A stretch of 64,000 bases of DNA from Lama glama. Its lineage: Eukaryota. The notes beneath the pieces were generated by a model, which was given only the letters and a program-made list of their open reading frames with translations, made no database searches and was not told where the DNA came from. Below, piece after piece: positions 24,133-36,849 of the stretch. A program made the translations under genes and the position numbers. Position 1 is the stretch's first letter. Each line of letters opens with the position of its first letter. The stretch spans positions 37,140,001 through 37,204,000 of the forward strand of contig CM052816.1 in the NCBI GenBank assembly GCA_028534125.1, given 5' to 3'.

Positions 24133-25229
24133 CCTCAAGGGCTCACTAGTGGCGAGTGGTAAATTTAATATCAGGCCAGTTGAAATGTTTTCATATTTTT
24201 ATCCCATTAGCTATATTTATGTCTTATATTGTCTTCTTTAAATACATGTGACTTAATGTTCTTTAAGATAAATATTTTACCTAAAATATCTATGAAATCA
24301 TTTATAACTTTTTCCTTATAGTTGTTCTGTGTTTCTTTGGATAACTTTTCCTAAATTCTTCTTTGATTTTTCTCACCTTGTTCATTTGCCCCACACCCAG
24401 GATACAAGATGCCTCTGTTTTTGATTGATATCCTTAGATGAGCTCTATATATTTCATCATATGGTGTTCTATGGAAGGAATAGGCTGAGATGCTCACAAA
24501 CTCTGCTTTGGCATGTCTCAAATGCATATTTGCCATGTCTGTTATTGATTTAGGGATATGCCTTCCCATCAGTTTTTAAGATTTTACGAGTCTATTTTAC
24601 TCACAACAATGAGAAATATCCTATGGGTTTCAGTCCTTCATGTAATTATGGCTCATTCTTCACCACACTTTTCACATAGGACAAAAGACTAGATAGAGAT
24701 GATAGAGATACTAAGGATAATATAGTGAGTATAGTTTCTTCTTTATTTCTAACTCCTGTATTACTGTGCAGTTTGAATTAAACTTCAATGCAACGGTGAA
24801 ACCTGATCTACAGCCCTACTCCTACCCTATAATGAAAGAATCATTGTGAGATATTTATGTTGGTGAAAGAATTTTTTTAAATTAGAATCTTTTTAGAGGC
24901 ATAGTGGCATATGTTGACTCTTAGGTTACTGATTCACCTTGAAATAGACACAGTATGTGGCAATGACAATACTTTTGCTTCATCACAGATTGTGTTTTGC
25001 CCTCTCTATCTCTGCTCTTATTTTCTAAAATATGTTGCATTAGAGTTCATGGAGGAAGAATGGGAAAGATATTTCTACATTCCTCTCTTTAACTGGAGCT
25101 GCATTTCAATTTATACACACAAAATTCGTTTTAAGTTACTTATAGAAAAAAACTAAGTGGAAAATAAAGGCAGAGAAGTTGTTATTTTTAAAATGGTTAT
25201 TCATTTCTAGGTACTGTCAGAAAGGCCCT

Positions 25230-26160
25230 GTGCGATGTCAGCAAAATTGGCAGAATAAGGATTTCCAAAATCTCTTCTTTTTAAAAGCAATAAGACAACT
25301 GGCAAATATTATTCCACAACTCTAGGAATTCACCAAAGACTTGTAGTAACCTACGGAGCATTTATTTAAGAAAAATGGGTGAATCTCCATAAGAAGAGTG
25401 AGCTTTGTGATGCTTTACCTTTCAATACTCCCAAACTTGTTCCCCAGCTCCATGAGAACTTGAAAAACTAACAGGCTGCATTCACAGCAAAAGCCAGTAT
25501 GAAGAAGGAACAGACAAGAATTGGAAGTCCTTTAAAGCCTCATTCTGAAGTAATTCATAGTATTTGATTTTTCTAGTGATTCCCTGGAAGGCCCCTGGCA
25601 AGGAGCTCTAAATCTGACATAACTCGAAGCTTTCTTGGGATGTAAAGTCTTTTTTCCGAGAGAAAGAAATATTGAAAAGAATTGAAGGAAATTGTGTAAC
25701 ATTGTGGCTTTCTGAGGTTGTAGATGAAGTTGGAGAAACTACTTAAAATGTGAACGGAAAGCTGGGAAATGAGTTATCCACAATGCCATTGAAAAGTTCT
25801 GACATATTCTTTGGAATCTAGGAAGCCATGTACATGGTTAAGGCTGCAGGTAGGAATGCCAGGGCTGTACACAAGCTTAAGGAAGATCTGACAAAACCGT
25901 AAGCTTTCACATCGGACTATTTTGAGGCCATACACAAATAGTAAGTGAAGGCTAAGGCATAGTTGTCAACTGCCTGGCTGAGTGTTGAAGGCATGCCCCC
26001 AGTAAACGTGCGGTGCCCCTAGGTAAGCACTGAAAGACTTATTGGTTCTTGGCATTTGAGGAAATCACTGTCCAGTTATTAGAACCACTAGGTGACACAA
26101 ATGGAGACTCCAGATCACACTCATTATAGAGTAAAGATTTTACAAAATTAGTTCAGAAAA
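25230..26160 (+). mobile_element. Old LINE-1 5' region (L1M4b-like)
   Basis: gatgtcagcaaaattggcagaataaggatttccaaaatc...aaaagcaataagacaactggcaaa...gaaaaatgggtgaatctc...gagctttgtg is collinear with the recalled L1M4b 5' end. Confidence 0.7.
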
Positions 26161-28945
26161 GCTATGGTAATTAAACTATGTGGTACTGGCCTAAGGAGAG
26201 ACATACAAATCAATGGAATAAAATTGAGAGTCTAGAAATAAGCCCATACATTTCTGGTCAATTGATTTTTGACAACAGTGCCATGAAAATCTGTTGGGAG
26301 AAAGTATAGGCTTTTAAAAAATATTTTATTACTTTTTACATTATTATCTTTTTAAGTTTTAAAATTTGTATATAATTTTAAAGATTACTTTCTACTTACA
26401 GCTATTACAAAATATTGGCTATTTTCTTCCTGTTGTTTAATGCATCTTTGAGCCTATCTTACACCCAATAGTTTGTACCTCTCACTCTCCCACCTCTGTA
26501 TTGCACCCCCGCCACACTGGTAACCACTAATTTGTTTTCTATATCTGTGTGAGTCTGCTTCTTTTATGTTATATTCACTAGTTTGTTGTGTTTTTAGGTT
26601 CCACATATAAGAGATAGCATATAGTATATTTATCTTTATCTATCTTACTTCACTTAGCATAATGCCCTCCAAGTCTGTCCATGGTGCTGCAAATGGCAAA
26701 ATTTTGTTCTTTTCTATGGCTAAGTAGTGTTCCATTATATGTATATGTATATACATTTATACCACAGCTTCTTTATTAATTCATCTGTTGATAGACACTT
26801 CAGTTGTTTTCATATTTTGGCAATTGTAAATAATTCTGCCATGAACATTGGGGTGCATGTATCTTTTGAACTAGCGTTTTGGGCTTTTTTTTGGATTTAT
26901 ACCCAAGAGTGAATTGCTGGATCATATGGTAGTTCTATTTTTAGTTTTTTGAGAAACTGCCATACTGTATTCTACAGTGGCCACACCAATTTACAATCTC
27001 ACCAACAGTGTACAAGCATTCCATTTTCTTCACATCCTCGCCAATGCTTATTATCTATAATTTTTGATGATGGCCATTCTGACAGATGTGAGGTGATATC
27101 TCATTATGGTTTTGATTTGCGTTTCCCTGATGATTAGCAATGTTGAGCATCTTTTCATGTGCCTATTGCTCATCTGTATTTCCTCTTTGGAAAAATGTCT
27201 GTTCATTTCTTCTGCCTATTTTTTAATCAGGTTGTTTCTTTGATTTTGAGTTTTATGAGCTGTTTATATGTGTTGGATACTAATTCCTTATCGACCATAT
27301 CATTTGCAAACATTTTTCCCCATGTAGTAGGCAGTCTTTTCATTTTGTTGATGGCTTCCTTTGCTGTATAAAAGCATTTAAGTTTAATTAGCTCCCATTT
27401 CTTTATTTTTGCTTTTATTTCTTTTTCTGTAAGAGACAGATCTAAAAAAAATATTGCTGTGATTTATGTCAAATAGTGTTCAGCTTATGTTCTCTTACAG
27501 GAATTTTACGGTTTTGTGTGTTACTTGAAGGTCTTTAATCCATTTTGAGGTTTTTAAAAAATATATATATGGTGTTAGAAAATGTTCTCATTTCATTTTT
27601 TTACATGTAGCAGTCCAGAGGTTTTTAGGAACCAATTATTGAAGAGACTGTGTTTTCTATAGTCTTGCTTCCTTTGTTGTAGACTAATTGACCATAGGTG
27701 CATGGTGCTCTAACAACTGGATATTCACATGTAAAATAAATAATTTGTACACCCACCTGTCACTATCTGAAAATTTAACTCAAAATGGCTTAAAGATCTA
27801 AATATAAGTGCTAAACTATAAAAGCTTTATGAGAAAACTAAAATGTGAATATTCATTGATGTAAATATTTATGACCTCAGGTTACACAATGATTTTTTAG
27901 ACATGACGCTTAAAACACTAGTGACCAAAGAAGAGATAGACAAATTGGGCTTCATCAAAATTAAAAACTTTTGTGCTATTAAGAATACTACCAACAATAT
28001 TTCACGAAAGGGGAGAAATATTCACAAATCATACATCTGATGAGGGCCTAGTATTTTGGATATATACAGAACTCTTCTAACTGAGTGTTATGATGATAAA
28101 TAACCCAATTTTTAAAAATGTACAAAAGACTTAGATAGAAATTTCTCCCAATAAGCTATACAAATGGCCAATAAGTACTTAAAAAGAAGTGTAACATTGT
28201 TAAGAAATTGCAAATCAATAAATAACACACCACTCATATGTAGTAGGATGGCTGTAATCAAAAAAGATGAATAGCAAGTGTTGGAGAACATGTGGAGAAA
28301 TCTGAATCCTCATGTAGTACTGGAGAGAATAAAAATGGTACAGTCACCTGAAAGAGTCCCAAGAGCAGTTAAACATATAGCTACCATATGAAGCAGCACT
28401 TCCACTACTAGGTTTATAAAGGAGATGAAAACTTGCGCTCATGATAAAAAACAAATAGACAAAAAAACCTTGCATATGAATATTAATAGCAGCATTATTC
28501 ATAATAACTAAAGTAGAACAACTCAAATGTCTATTATTGACTGATTAATGAATAAACAAAAATATGATATTTCCATTCAATAGAATATTTGCAAGTCATT
28601 AAAGTCCTGATACATTTCCCAACTTGAGTGAATATTATGCTAAGTGAAGAAGTCAGACACAAAAGACCATGTGTTTTATGATTCCATTTATATGAAATAT
28701 CTAGAATAGGTGAATTCATAGAGACAGACTAGATTAGTGATTGCTTGGGGCTGGATAAAGAAGAGAATTGGGAATGACTGCCAATGTATGTAAATTTTCT
28801 TTTTGGATTATGGAAGTATTCTTGGATTATGGAATTAGATAGTGGGGATGGTTGTACAACCCTGCAAATATACTAAAAAACACTGGACTGTACACTTTAA
28901 AAGGGTGAATTTTATGGCATGTGAATTATATCTCAAAACAAATAA
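26161..28945 (+). mobile_element. Old LINE-1 (L1MB-like) ORF2 3' part and 3' UTR, split by a nested younger L1
   Basis: 26161-26315 (gctatggtaattaaactatgtggtactggc...caattgatttttgacaa) continues at ~27702 (atggtgctctaacaactggata). The 3' UTR ends gggtgaattttatggcatgtgaattatatctcaa. Confidence 0.85.
26322..27701 (-). mobile_element. Younger 5'-truncated LINE-1 nested in the older L1
   Basis: Antisense L1 3' UTR and ORF2 end (gaattgctggatcatatggtagttctatttttag; gatgattagcaatgttgagcatcttttcatgtgcc). Confidence 0.92.
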
Positions 28946-28974
28946 TGAAATGATACATCTAGATAGGATCATCC

Positions 28975-29270
28975 AATGGCTATTAAAACTATTAAGTGGA
29001 AGGTTGATGAGGAGCTTTATATATCATGGATTTGTCTAATAAGCAGTGAATTTTATTCAAAATTGAAGCGCCATGTATTAAGTGCCTCCTGATATGATAC
29101 ACTAGGAAGAATGCATAACATTTAAGAAATATTCTTTCCAAAAGAATTGCACTTGAATTTATCAAGTCTGTTACTACCATTTTGCATGAAATATGAAGGA
29201 GAGAAACATGTTAAGTGATTCCTTAAGGATGCAAGAAATCAAATGAAGAAGGAAGAAAATTCTACAAGGA
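28975..29270 (+). mobile_element. L1ME4-like 3' UTR fragment
   Basis: gaaggttgatgaggagctttata; gtgcctcctgatatgatacactaggaag; gaaacatgttaagtga...aaattctacaagga match the recalled L1ME4a 3' end. Confidence 0.65.
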
Positions 29271-29304
29271 CTTTTGACACTAATAATAGTATATTCTTAC
29301 CCCA

Positions 29305-29460
29305 TTATTAGTCCCTCTTGGCCTCAGTTTTCTTATCTATAAAAAATATCATAACTCCTTCCTCATTGTAGACTTGAGAGGATTAAATGAGTTAATGTGA
29401 CAAAAAGGCTCACAGTATGGTATTGACGTATATTAAGTAGTTAATAAGCTTCCTACAATA
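29305..29460 (+). mobile_element. MIR SINE fragment
   Basis: gcctcagttttcttatctataaaa...gagaggattaaatgagttaatg. Confidence 0.75.
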
Positions 29461-29769
29461 ATAATTATTGTGGCGTTACGTATTATACATTATAGTATAT
29501 TATTTTGTCATCATATAAAGCAGGGCAAATAATAGATGATTATTATAGATAATAAATTGTATGCATTATTATATTATTTTATGAAAAGAAAATTTAAATG
29601 AAATATAATTGCAATGTGTAGCAAATAATGCAGTGATAGAATACTTAAGGCAAAAATTCTAGAAGTAGACAAAAACTTCATTTTCTATCTATATTTATAT
29701 TTGTAATTTATAACTATCTTATCCTATAAACAGAAAAAAAATGTTACTGAACATTCACAAAAGGTACAT

Positions 29770-30372
29770 TGAAATGTAGGTGCAAAAATTCTCAACAATT
29801 CTTATCAAATAGAATGCAACTATGTATAAAAAGAATTATACGATGACCAAGTGGGATTTGTCCCATATGTGCAAGGCTTTTTCAACATTCAAAAGTCAAT
29901 TATTGTAATCCATCACAGATTTTTAAAATCACATTTTCATATCAATGGATGCAGAAAAAGCATTTGACAAAATCCAACACCCATTCATGATAGAAACTTT
30001 CAGTAAACTATATAGAAGGAAATTTCCACAATCTAATAAAGAATAACTACAAAAAACCTACAGCTAATATATTCTTAATGGTGAGACACTTAAAACTTTC
30101 CCACTAGAACCAGGTACAAGACATCCTTGTATCTTACTACTCTTACCACTGCTTGTCAGCATTGTGCTGGAAGTTTCAGCTAATGCACAGAAGAGGAAAA
30201 GGAAATAAAAGGTATACAGATTGGCAGGTAAGGCATAAAGATGTCATTGTTCATTAAAGCTGTTGTTCAATCATCTACATAGAAAATCTAAAATAATCAG
30301 CAACAACAACAGAAGTCCTAGAACTATTAAGTTTTATAGCAAGTTTGCGGGATATAAGGTTAATATGCAAAA
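29770..30372 (+). mobile_element. LINE-1 ORF2 reverse-transcriptase fragment (dead)
   Basis: tcaatggatgcagaaaaagcatttgacaaaatccaacacccattcatgata translates to [17 protein letters not shown], the L1 RT motif. Frameshifts and stops surround it. Confidence 0.9.
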
Positions 30373-30375
30373 GTG

Positions 30376-30715
30376 TCATGACTCATTTATTTCATAATGG
30401 AAAGTTTGTACCTCTTAATTTTCCTTACCTATTTCACTCATTCCCCCAAACTCCCTCCTCTCTGGAAACAACCTATTTTCTTTATCTATGATTCTGTTTC
30501 TTTTTTGTGTTTGTTCATTTGTTTTGTTTTTTAGATTCCATCTGAGTGAAGTTATATGTATTTGTTTTTGTCCTACTTATTTCACTCAGCTTATTGCTTT
30601 ATAACTTCATCCGTGTTTTCTCAAGCAGCAGAATTTCCTTCTTGCTCATAGCTGAATAATATTTCAAGTATCCATTGAAGTGTATCACATCTTTATCCAT
30701 TCATCAGCCATGAAT
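30376..30715 (-). mobile_element. LINE-1 3' UTR fragment (L1MA-like)
   Basis: gaaagtttgtacctctt...ttttagattccatc...cttatttcactcagc...tttatccattcatc. Confidence 0.8.
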
Positions 30716-32599
30716 GTGTATCTTGATTACATTTATATTAACACAAAATAATTTGGCAATAATGAGAGAGAAAATTAATTAATAGAAAATAATTTATGTC
30801 TAGATATAAACTTTAATATAAAATGATAATAAATAATTGAAAATTATCTGATTCACCATGTGTTTACAGAGAAATGCACTTGAACATTCAACAGTGGGGG
30901 TGAGTTTTGTGTATCAGAAAATAAAATAAATTATAAAATGAATTATTTTTTACTTTACAAAAAAAGTAGATTCATTCCATGTAGAACACATATTGGGAGT
31001 TTATAAATTTGTAATCAAATGAAAAAAATCCTCTTTTACATAGATATGTTGGTATTGAGACCATCATTTGTTCATGGTTGCATCAATATTTCTCCCTCCT
31101 GTATTTCCAGTATTTTTACATCATTCTTTTGGTTCAAAAAAAATTTTTTTAGCACTAGTTGTTTGCTTACATACTTTATTTAAACTCCTTGAATGTGACA
31201 TTTATTTCTTTAATGTATAGTTAAAAAAATCACCTAGAATGCACTTAGATGGACAGTGAAAATACAGCTTATGAATAAAATTGTTCCAATATTCATCATG
31301 AATTGAAGAAGCAAGGAGAAAACAAAACAAGACAAAAATTTTAGTAAGTATTTTCAGGCTAATTCCTTACCTCTTTAGATTACTTAGTATGTTTTGGTTA
31401 AGTGGTCAGTTTTTGAGATAGTCTGTATAAATTCCTTCTCTTACCCAAAATATTATCTGTGTTTATAAAGGGACATGGCCAATTTCAAGCTACTGATATG
31501 ATCTCACTAAACAAGGATTTAGAAAGACATACAGTCAACTCCAGCCTCATGGATTGTAGGTATCAGAGGCGAATAGGTTAGGTCCAGAGTCATAAGGTTA
31601 ACAGTCAGTTAAAACAATTGATTCTCTTTTTGAAATATTCTCAGACTTTCAGACATCATCCCATCCCCTGATCTTCCCCTCACTGATATCTAAGGGAGAA
31701 AGAAATGCTTACCAATCTCTTTTCTCAGCCTTCAAATTTATTGCCTAGTCATAAGAATGGCATACAGAGAACAAAAAAATTTTAATTGATTTAAATTAAG
31801 CAATCCTCAAAATGTGAATATGTGAAATAAAAAGGTTTCTTTTCCCCCCAAATGCCTTGGTTTTCATATCTATCAATGTCCTCCTGCTTCTGGCTGCTCT
31901 AGTCACACCAAGGTCTCTTGATCAAATGGCCGTTCTTTATTTTGATAATGTTCATGTTACAACTTCTTATGCTGCTTAAGTATTTAGCTTGAATATTAAA
32001 TTTAGCATTGTGACTGAAATGGATATTCCTGAGTCTTTCTCCCGGCTTGGTCAGGGCCTATGCCACTCTGGCAAGTTGCTTCCCTTTTACATCTTAGTGG
32101 CATTATGGACACTTCTGAGTCTTGGCCATATTCTCCATCCAGCTCCTGAGAGAGTCTCTGTCCCTCATATCCCTTCAGTGGAGTCACCATGATCCCTGCT
32201 GTATCGTGATGATACCCTGCAGCCCGTGGAGACCTTCTCTCAATGTGGTGTCACACTAGGTAGAAGTGAAGGCTAGTTCAGGTGCACAGTGATCCCAGCT
32301 GTAGTTCCAAGCCCTGTCTCTGCATGATCTTGCTGTCAAAGTTGCATCTACTCTGGATCCACTCCCTTTTGATAAAGGCCATTCTGTTGATCTTCCCCCA
32401 CTATTTCAATTGAATATGGAGAAATAACCCCTCTATTATGTGCTTTTGAAACTCAGAAATATTTTGACCATGCCACAAATCTTGCTATATTTCTTTTTAA
32501 CTCAGGCTTCTTTTCTTACAAAAAAACACTGGGAGTGAGGAGGGAATCTTTCTTTTACTTTTACTTTTTTTTTTTTACCTTGTATACATGATTCTTTCT

Positions 32600-32923
32600 A
32601 ATTTTTATTGAGATATAATCCATATACTATAGAATTTCATATAACTTAAATTCATCATTTAAATGGAATATTTCATTAACTTTTAGTATATTGACAGGGT
32701 TATGCAATCATCACCACTACTCAATTCCAGAATATTTTATTTCCCAAAAAGAAACACCATAAATTAACTGTCACTCACTCCAGTTCCTGGGAGCCACTAA
32801 TTTTCTTTCTGTCTCTATGGGGTTATCTACTGTGAACATTTCATATAAATAGGATCATACAAAATATGGCCTTTGTGTCTGTCTTCTTTTACTTAGCATA
32901 ACTTTTCAAAGTTTATCCATGAT
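32600..32923 (-). mobile_element. L1MB-like 3' end, non-inverted part of a twin-primed insertion
   Basis: tttttattgagatataatccatatac...gggttatgcaatcatcaccact...tcatataaataggatcatac...cttagcataacttttcaaagtttatccatg. Confidence 0.85.
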
Positions 32924-32924
32924 T

Positions 32925-33280
32925 TTTATTTTATACCCATTAGAATGGTTATAATTAAAACAATGAAAAATAACAAATGTTTGCAATGGCTGGGTGCCTC
33001 ATACTTTGCCTCATACTGCTAAACTGTGGAAAACAGTTTAGCAGTTTCTCAAAAGTTAAACATACAGTCATCATATCATCCAGCAGTTTTAATCCTGAGT
33101 ATATACCCAAGAGAATTGAAAACACATTTACAAAAAAACTTGAACACAATTATTCACAGCAGCCTTATCCAGAATAACAAAAAGTGGAATTAACCATTCA
33201 AATGTCCACTAACTGATGAATGGATGAAAAAAAATAGCATAGCCATACAATGCAATATTATTTAGCAATAAAAAGGAACT
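32925..33280 (+). mobile_element. LINE-1 ORF2 end, inverted part of the same insertion
   Basis: atacccattagaatggttataattaaaa...tgtggaaaacagtttagcagtttctcaaaagttaaacata...aaatgtccactaactgatgaatggat...aaaaaggaac. Confidence 0.85.
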
Positions 33281-35289
33281 TTAAAATATTTTAAAATGTA
33301 TTTTGTTCTATTTTTATCAGGATAATTTTTGTTTTCTCTCTTTTCTGAAACAAATAATGATAGGATGTGGATAGGTAGACAGATATTTTATTACTAGTAA
33401 GACACATATAAATCAGAGAATGTTTTTGAATTTATTAAATGCTGAAAGATGACAAGCTAATATGAAAGTTAGATATGTAAATATTTAATTCAGTAGTATA
33501 TGAGGAATGATACTCTATCTGAGAGTGGTATATCTGGCAAGATGCTATATAATAGGTGACCTTCATTTACCTTGATAATGTATAATTATTTATCAGGGGA
33601 CCAGCAGGAAAGAGGCTGGCATTCCGTTCAAAGAACCTGAGGCATAAAATAGGTTATGTCTGAATTATGAGAAATAAAACTGGATAGTGTCCAAGGAAAA
33701 ATCCAATATGATCTTGACTAACATAGAGAATGTAGGTTTTAATGTACAAACTATGAAACATTGTATATGAGACTAGAAGTAGGGTGGGATAGATACAAGG
33801 AGTCCACCTAGGAGGCCATATATATGTTAATTTGAAGATGGGTGGACCATCTAGACAGGGAGCATGCAATAATAAAAACAGGAAAAAGATCTGGACTTGA
33901 CACAGATTTAGGATTCAGTCATTTTTTATTAATTATTGAAGCAATTTTAGGAGAACACAATTATATTGCTTCATATTATATTGAGATCCACAGATATGCA
34001 CACTCATATACAGTATTTGGGTTTATGGATATTCAGCTTGAAGCATTTATAATTTCAGTGTGTAGAGAAGGAATTTAGAGTCAACATATCTAATGAACAC
34101 ATAAATATTCATAGAAAATTTCCCATTGGAATATTTAAACCAAATTGAAGTTTCAATATTATTGAAATGAAAGCATAATACCTAAGATTATAAGTCTTTT
34201 GTGTTATTTAAATTATAAAGTACTTATGTGAGTTTTACATTGGCTGTAGGCTTATATTATTTAGTTGATGGTAGCATTAGGTCCTACAAGTACTATTTGT
34301 GTACTGTAATTCTATAGAAACAATGATTCCTCTGAAAATTTTAGTTAGACGCATCCTATTTTGATTTATATTTTTGTTACCCGTGGGCCTAGAATTTAAA
34401 TCTGTTGAATTGCAGTTATCCCCTTTCACTGGGGATACTTAACCATTTTGGCCAGCGTTTATATGCTTTTAATGCCTTACCACGGCTAATTTGCATGCCT
34501 ATTTTATATTCAATATTAACTCCTTTGGATGTGTGGGATTCTCCTGAAAGAATCCATTGATGTATAATTCATTAGCATTCACTTGGAAGCTTCTGCCCGT
34601 AACAGATTTTAGGGAAGATAATTACTAGTACTGAAAGATAGCTTTTGGTGTATTTCCTATATTAGAAAATATGCTTTACATTAAAAACTCATCAAATATG
34701 CATAGTACCTTATTAAGACCATTATTATTATTTACTGAACAAATATGAGGCGTTGACTCCCTTTGTGTGGTACAATATACACATATTAAAAGGTATAATG
34801 CTTGAGTCCATTGATACCACATTGTAGCTAACTGTTTTACTTTATAAAGTGGTTTTGTAAATGATTTTGCTGATTAGGGTTTTAAAGAATATAGAAGAGA
34901 ATTAGGGGAATAATATAAGAAAAAGACTAATGGCCTCATTAAAAACTGTTTTGCAGAAACTGCATGCACTAAAATGCACACAATAGCAACAATTAGTTGA
35001 ATGAATAGGCAATGAGTCCTGATTCTCTTACCTCACCAGTAAATTCTGTCAGTACATAATTTGTGAGGCATAACATTACCTGCTAATGACTCTATGATAC
35101 AGTTCAGATAGATTTTTTACAAGGAGAATCAATAACTTCAGAAAGCAGTTAGAAGCTTTTACTTGGATGGCTAATATGATTAAGTGAGGGGGGAAAAAGA
35201 CATCTATAATTTCTTTAAGCTTTGTCTTGCTGGAATAATAACTTTTTGATTAAATAAATCCATAGTGATTTCTACCCTAAAGAATAGTT

Positions 35290-35669
35290 TCTTAAAAACA
35301 AAACAATAGGCCTCATATAGAGTCACTTATTCTAAGCCCTAGGTCACCAAATTGAGACTTAGTTACAGTTTTGGTATCTTCCAGAAATGGATTCTTAAGC
35401 CTATCAATCAGGAATCACCTGGTCCGCCCTAGTGAGGTATTCTGCATGACAGACCCCCGCCACCCCGTAAGGAAGCGTGACCTTGCCACAACCTAACAAC
35501 TGCTTACTAGTATAGCTTTCTTGTTCCCACTCTCTTCTGCCTCTAAAAAAAAGTCTTTCATTTTGTACAGCTCTTTGGAACTCCTTTCTACTGCTACCTG
35601 ATTCATTAATGGTTGAATAAAACCAATAAAATCTTCACAATTTACTCAGTTGAATTTTGCTATTTAACA
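35290..35669 (+). mobile_element. Solo LTR, probably ERV1 class
   Basis: Starts tcttaaaaacaaaacaataggcc...gagtcacttattctaagcc, carries aataaa signals near the 3' end and ends gttgaattttgctatttaaca (TG...CA-type end). No clean TSD. Confidence 0.65.
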
Positions 35670-36849
35670 CATTTAATAGTTTTTTCCAATGATTTTATTG
35701 TGAAGTTGTATGTATATTTTTACTTATTTTTAACAATCACAAATGTATTTCTATTATTGCTAAAGAAAATAACATCAAGAGTGAGCAAGCCATGACAAAC
35801 CTAGTCTCAATTATGAGTAGGTATCCTTACTGTAGTTGCATAATACAGTTTTAAATAGATATTTTTCCACCTAAGTACACAGTGCTGTACATTATGTTGC
35901 TGTGAAGGATGAGTCTACACTTCTGCAGTCTTGTGGAATCTCCTTTGCCTGAGTGGTGATAGAGCATCTTAGGTTTCCTCAGGCTTACTTGCATCCCAGT
36001 AGAGCTTTGACTTAAGATTCTCAAGAAGACTTTTAGATGTAGCCAGAGAAAGGAAGCAAAACTCCATGGTATAAAGTATGGTTTATCTTTGCATTTGAAT
36101 TTCTTGACTCTTGCTGCTGTGAATTATAACCTTACTACTAATCATGTGTAGATTTGGAGGCTGTGCGTGTGATGAATATATAAATAAGTCTTTAAGTGCT
36201 TTTAACTGCTACTGATCCAACTCAAAATTCATTGCTGTCCTCCTTTTCCAAAAACTCATCTGTATTTCTGCCAACACATTCATTTTGTGTAGCAGAAAAA
36301 TCATTTTGTATAGACAAGCCTTTTCTTCTCCACGTGTTTTTAGACTTAATTGGGGTTCAAAGATACTGATATATAATATTATTTTAACCATAAATCTTAC
36401 ATCTTTATTGCAGCTTTGGATTTCAAAGTTTTAGCCTAAAGTTTATCTAGGAATGATTGGTGTTTCCTTCATTCAGTTCCCTGAAAATCATTCTGTGAGC
36501 AGATTGCCAGTTTTATAATATACTAACCTTAGTGGGGTACTTTTTAGACATCTAGGAGAAATGAGACATTTCCTTGATTTTTAAAATACAGTTTTTATGA
36601 TTCATGCATTCATTTATTTATTTTACAATTATTTATTTGATTCAATCTATACTGACTATTGGGCTGATGTTATGGAGACCATAGAGACAGCTGGGCATAA
36701 TCCTCCCCCTTCAGCATAGAATTTTGTTTTACTCAAAAAATAGGAAAACTAAGGAGTTTGATCATCTTTAACAAAGGCTAAATACTTTCCCTTTCTTTGA
36801 AAGTAAATTACCTGATGCTGCTTACCTAAATCATTAGAGAATATTAATA

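Noticed and set aside
34413..34440. IRE-like CAGTGA loop hairpin on the minus strand
   Set aside because: The bases flanking the hexaloop do not pair, and the bulged-C plus 5-bp upper stem geometry is absent.
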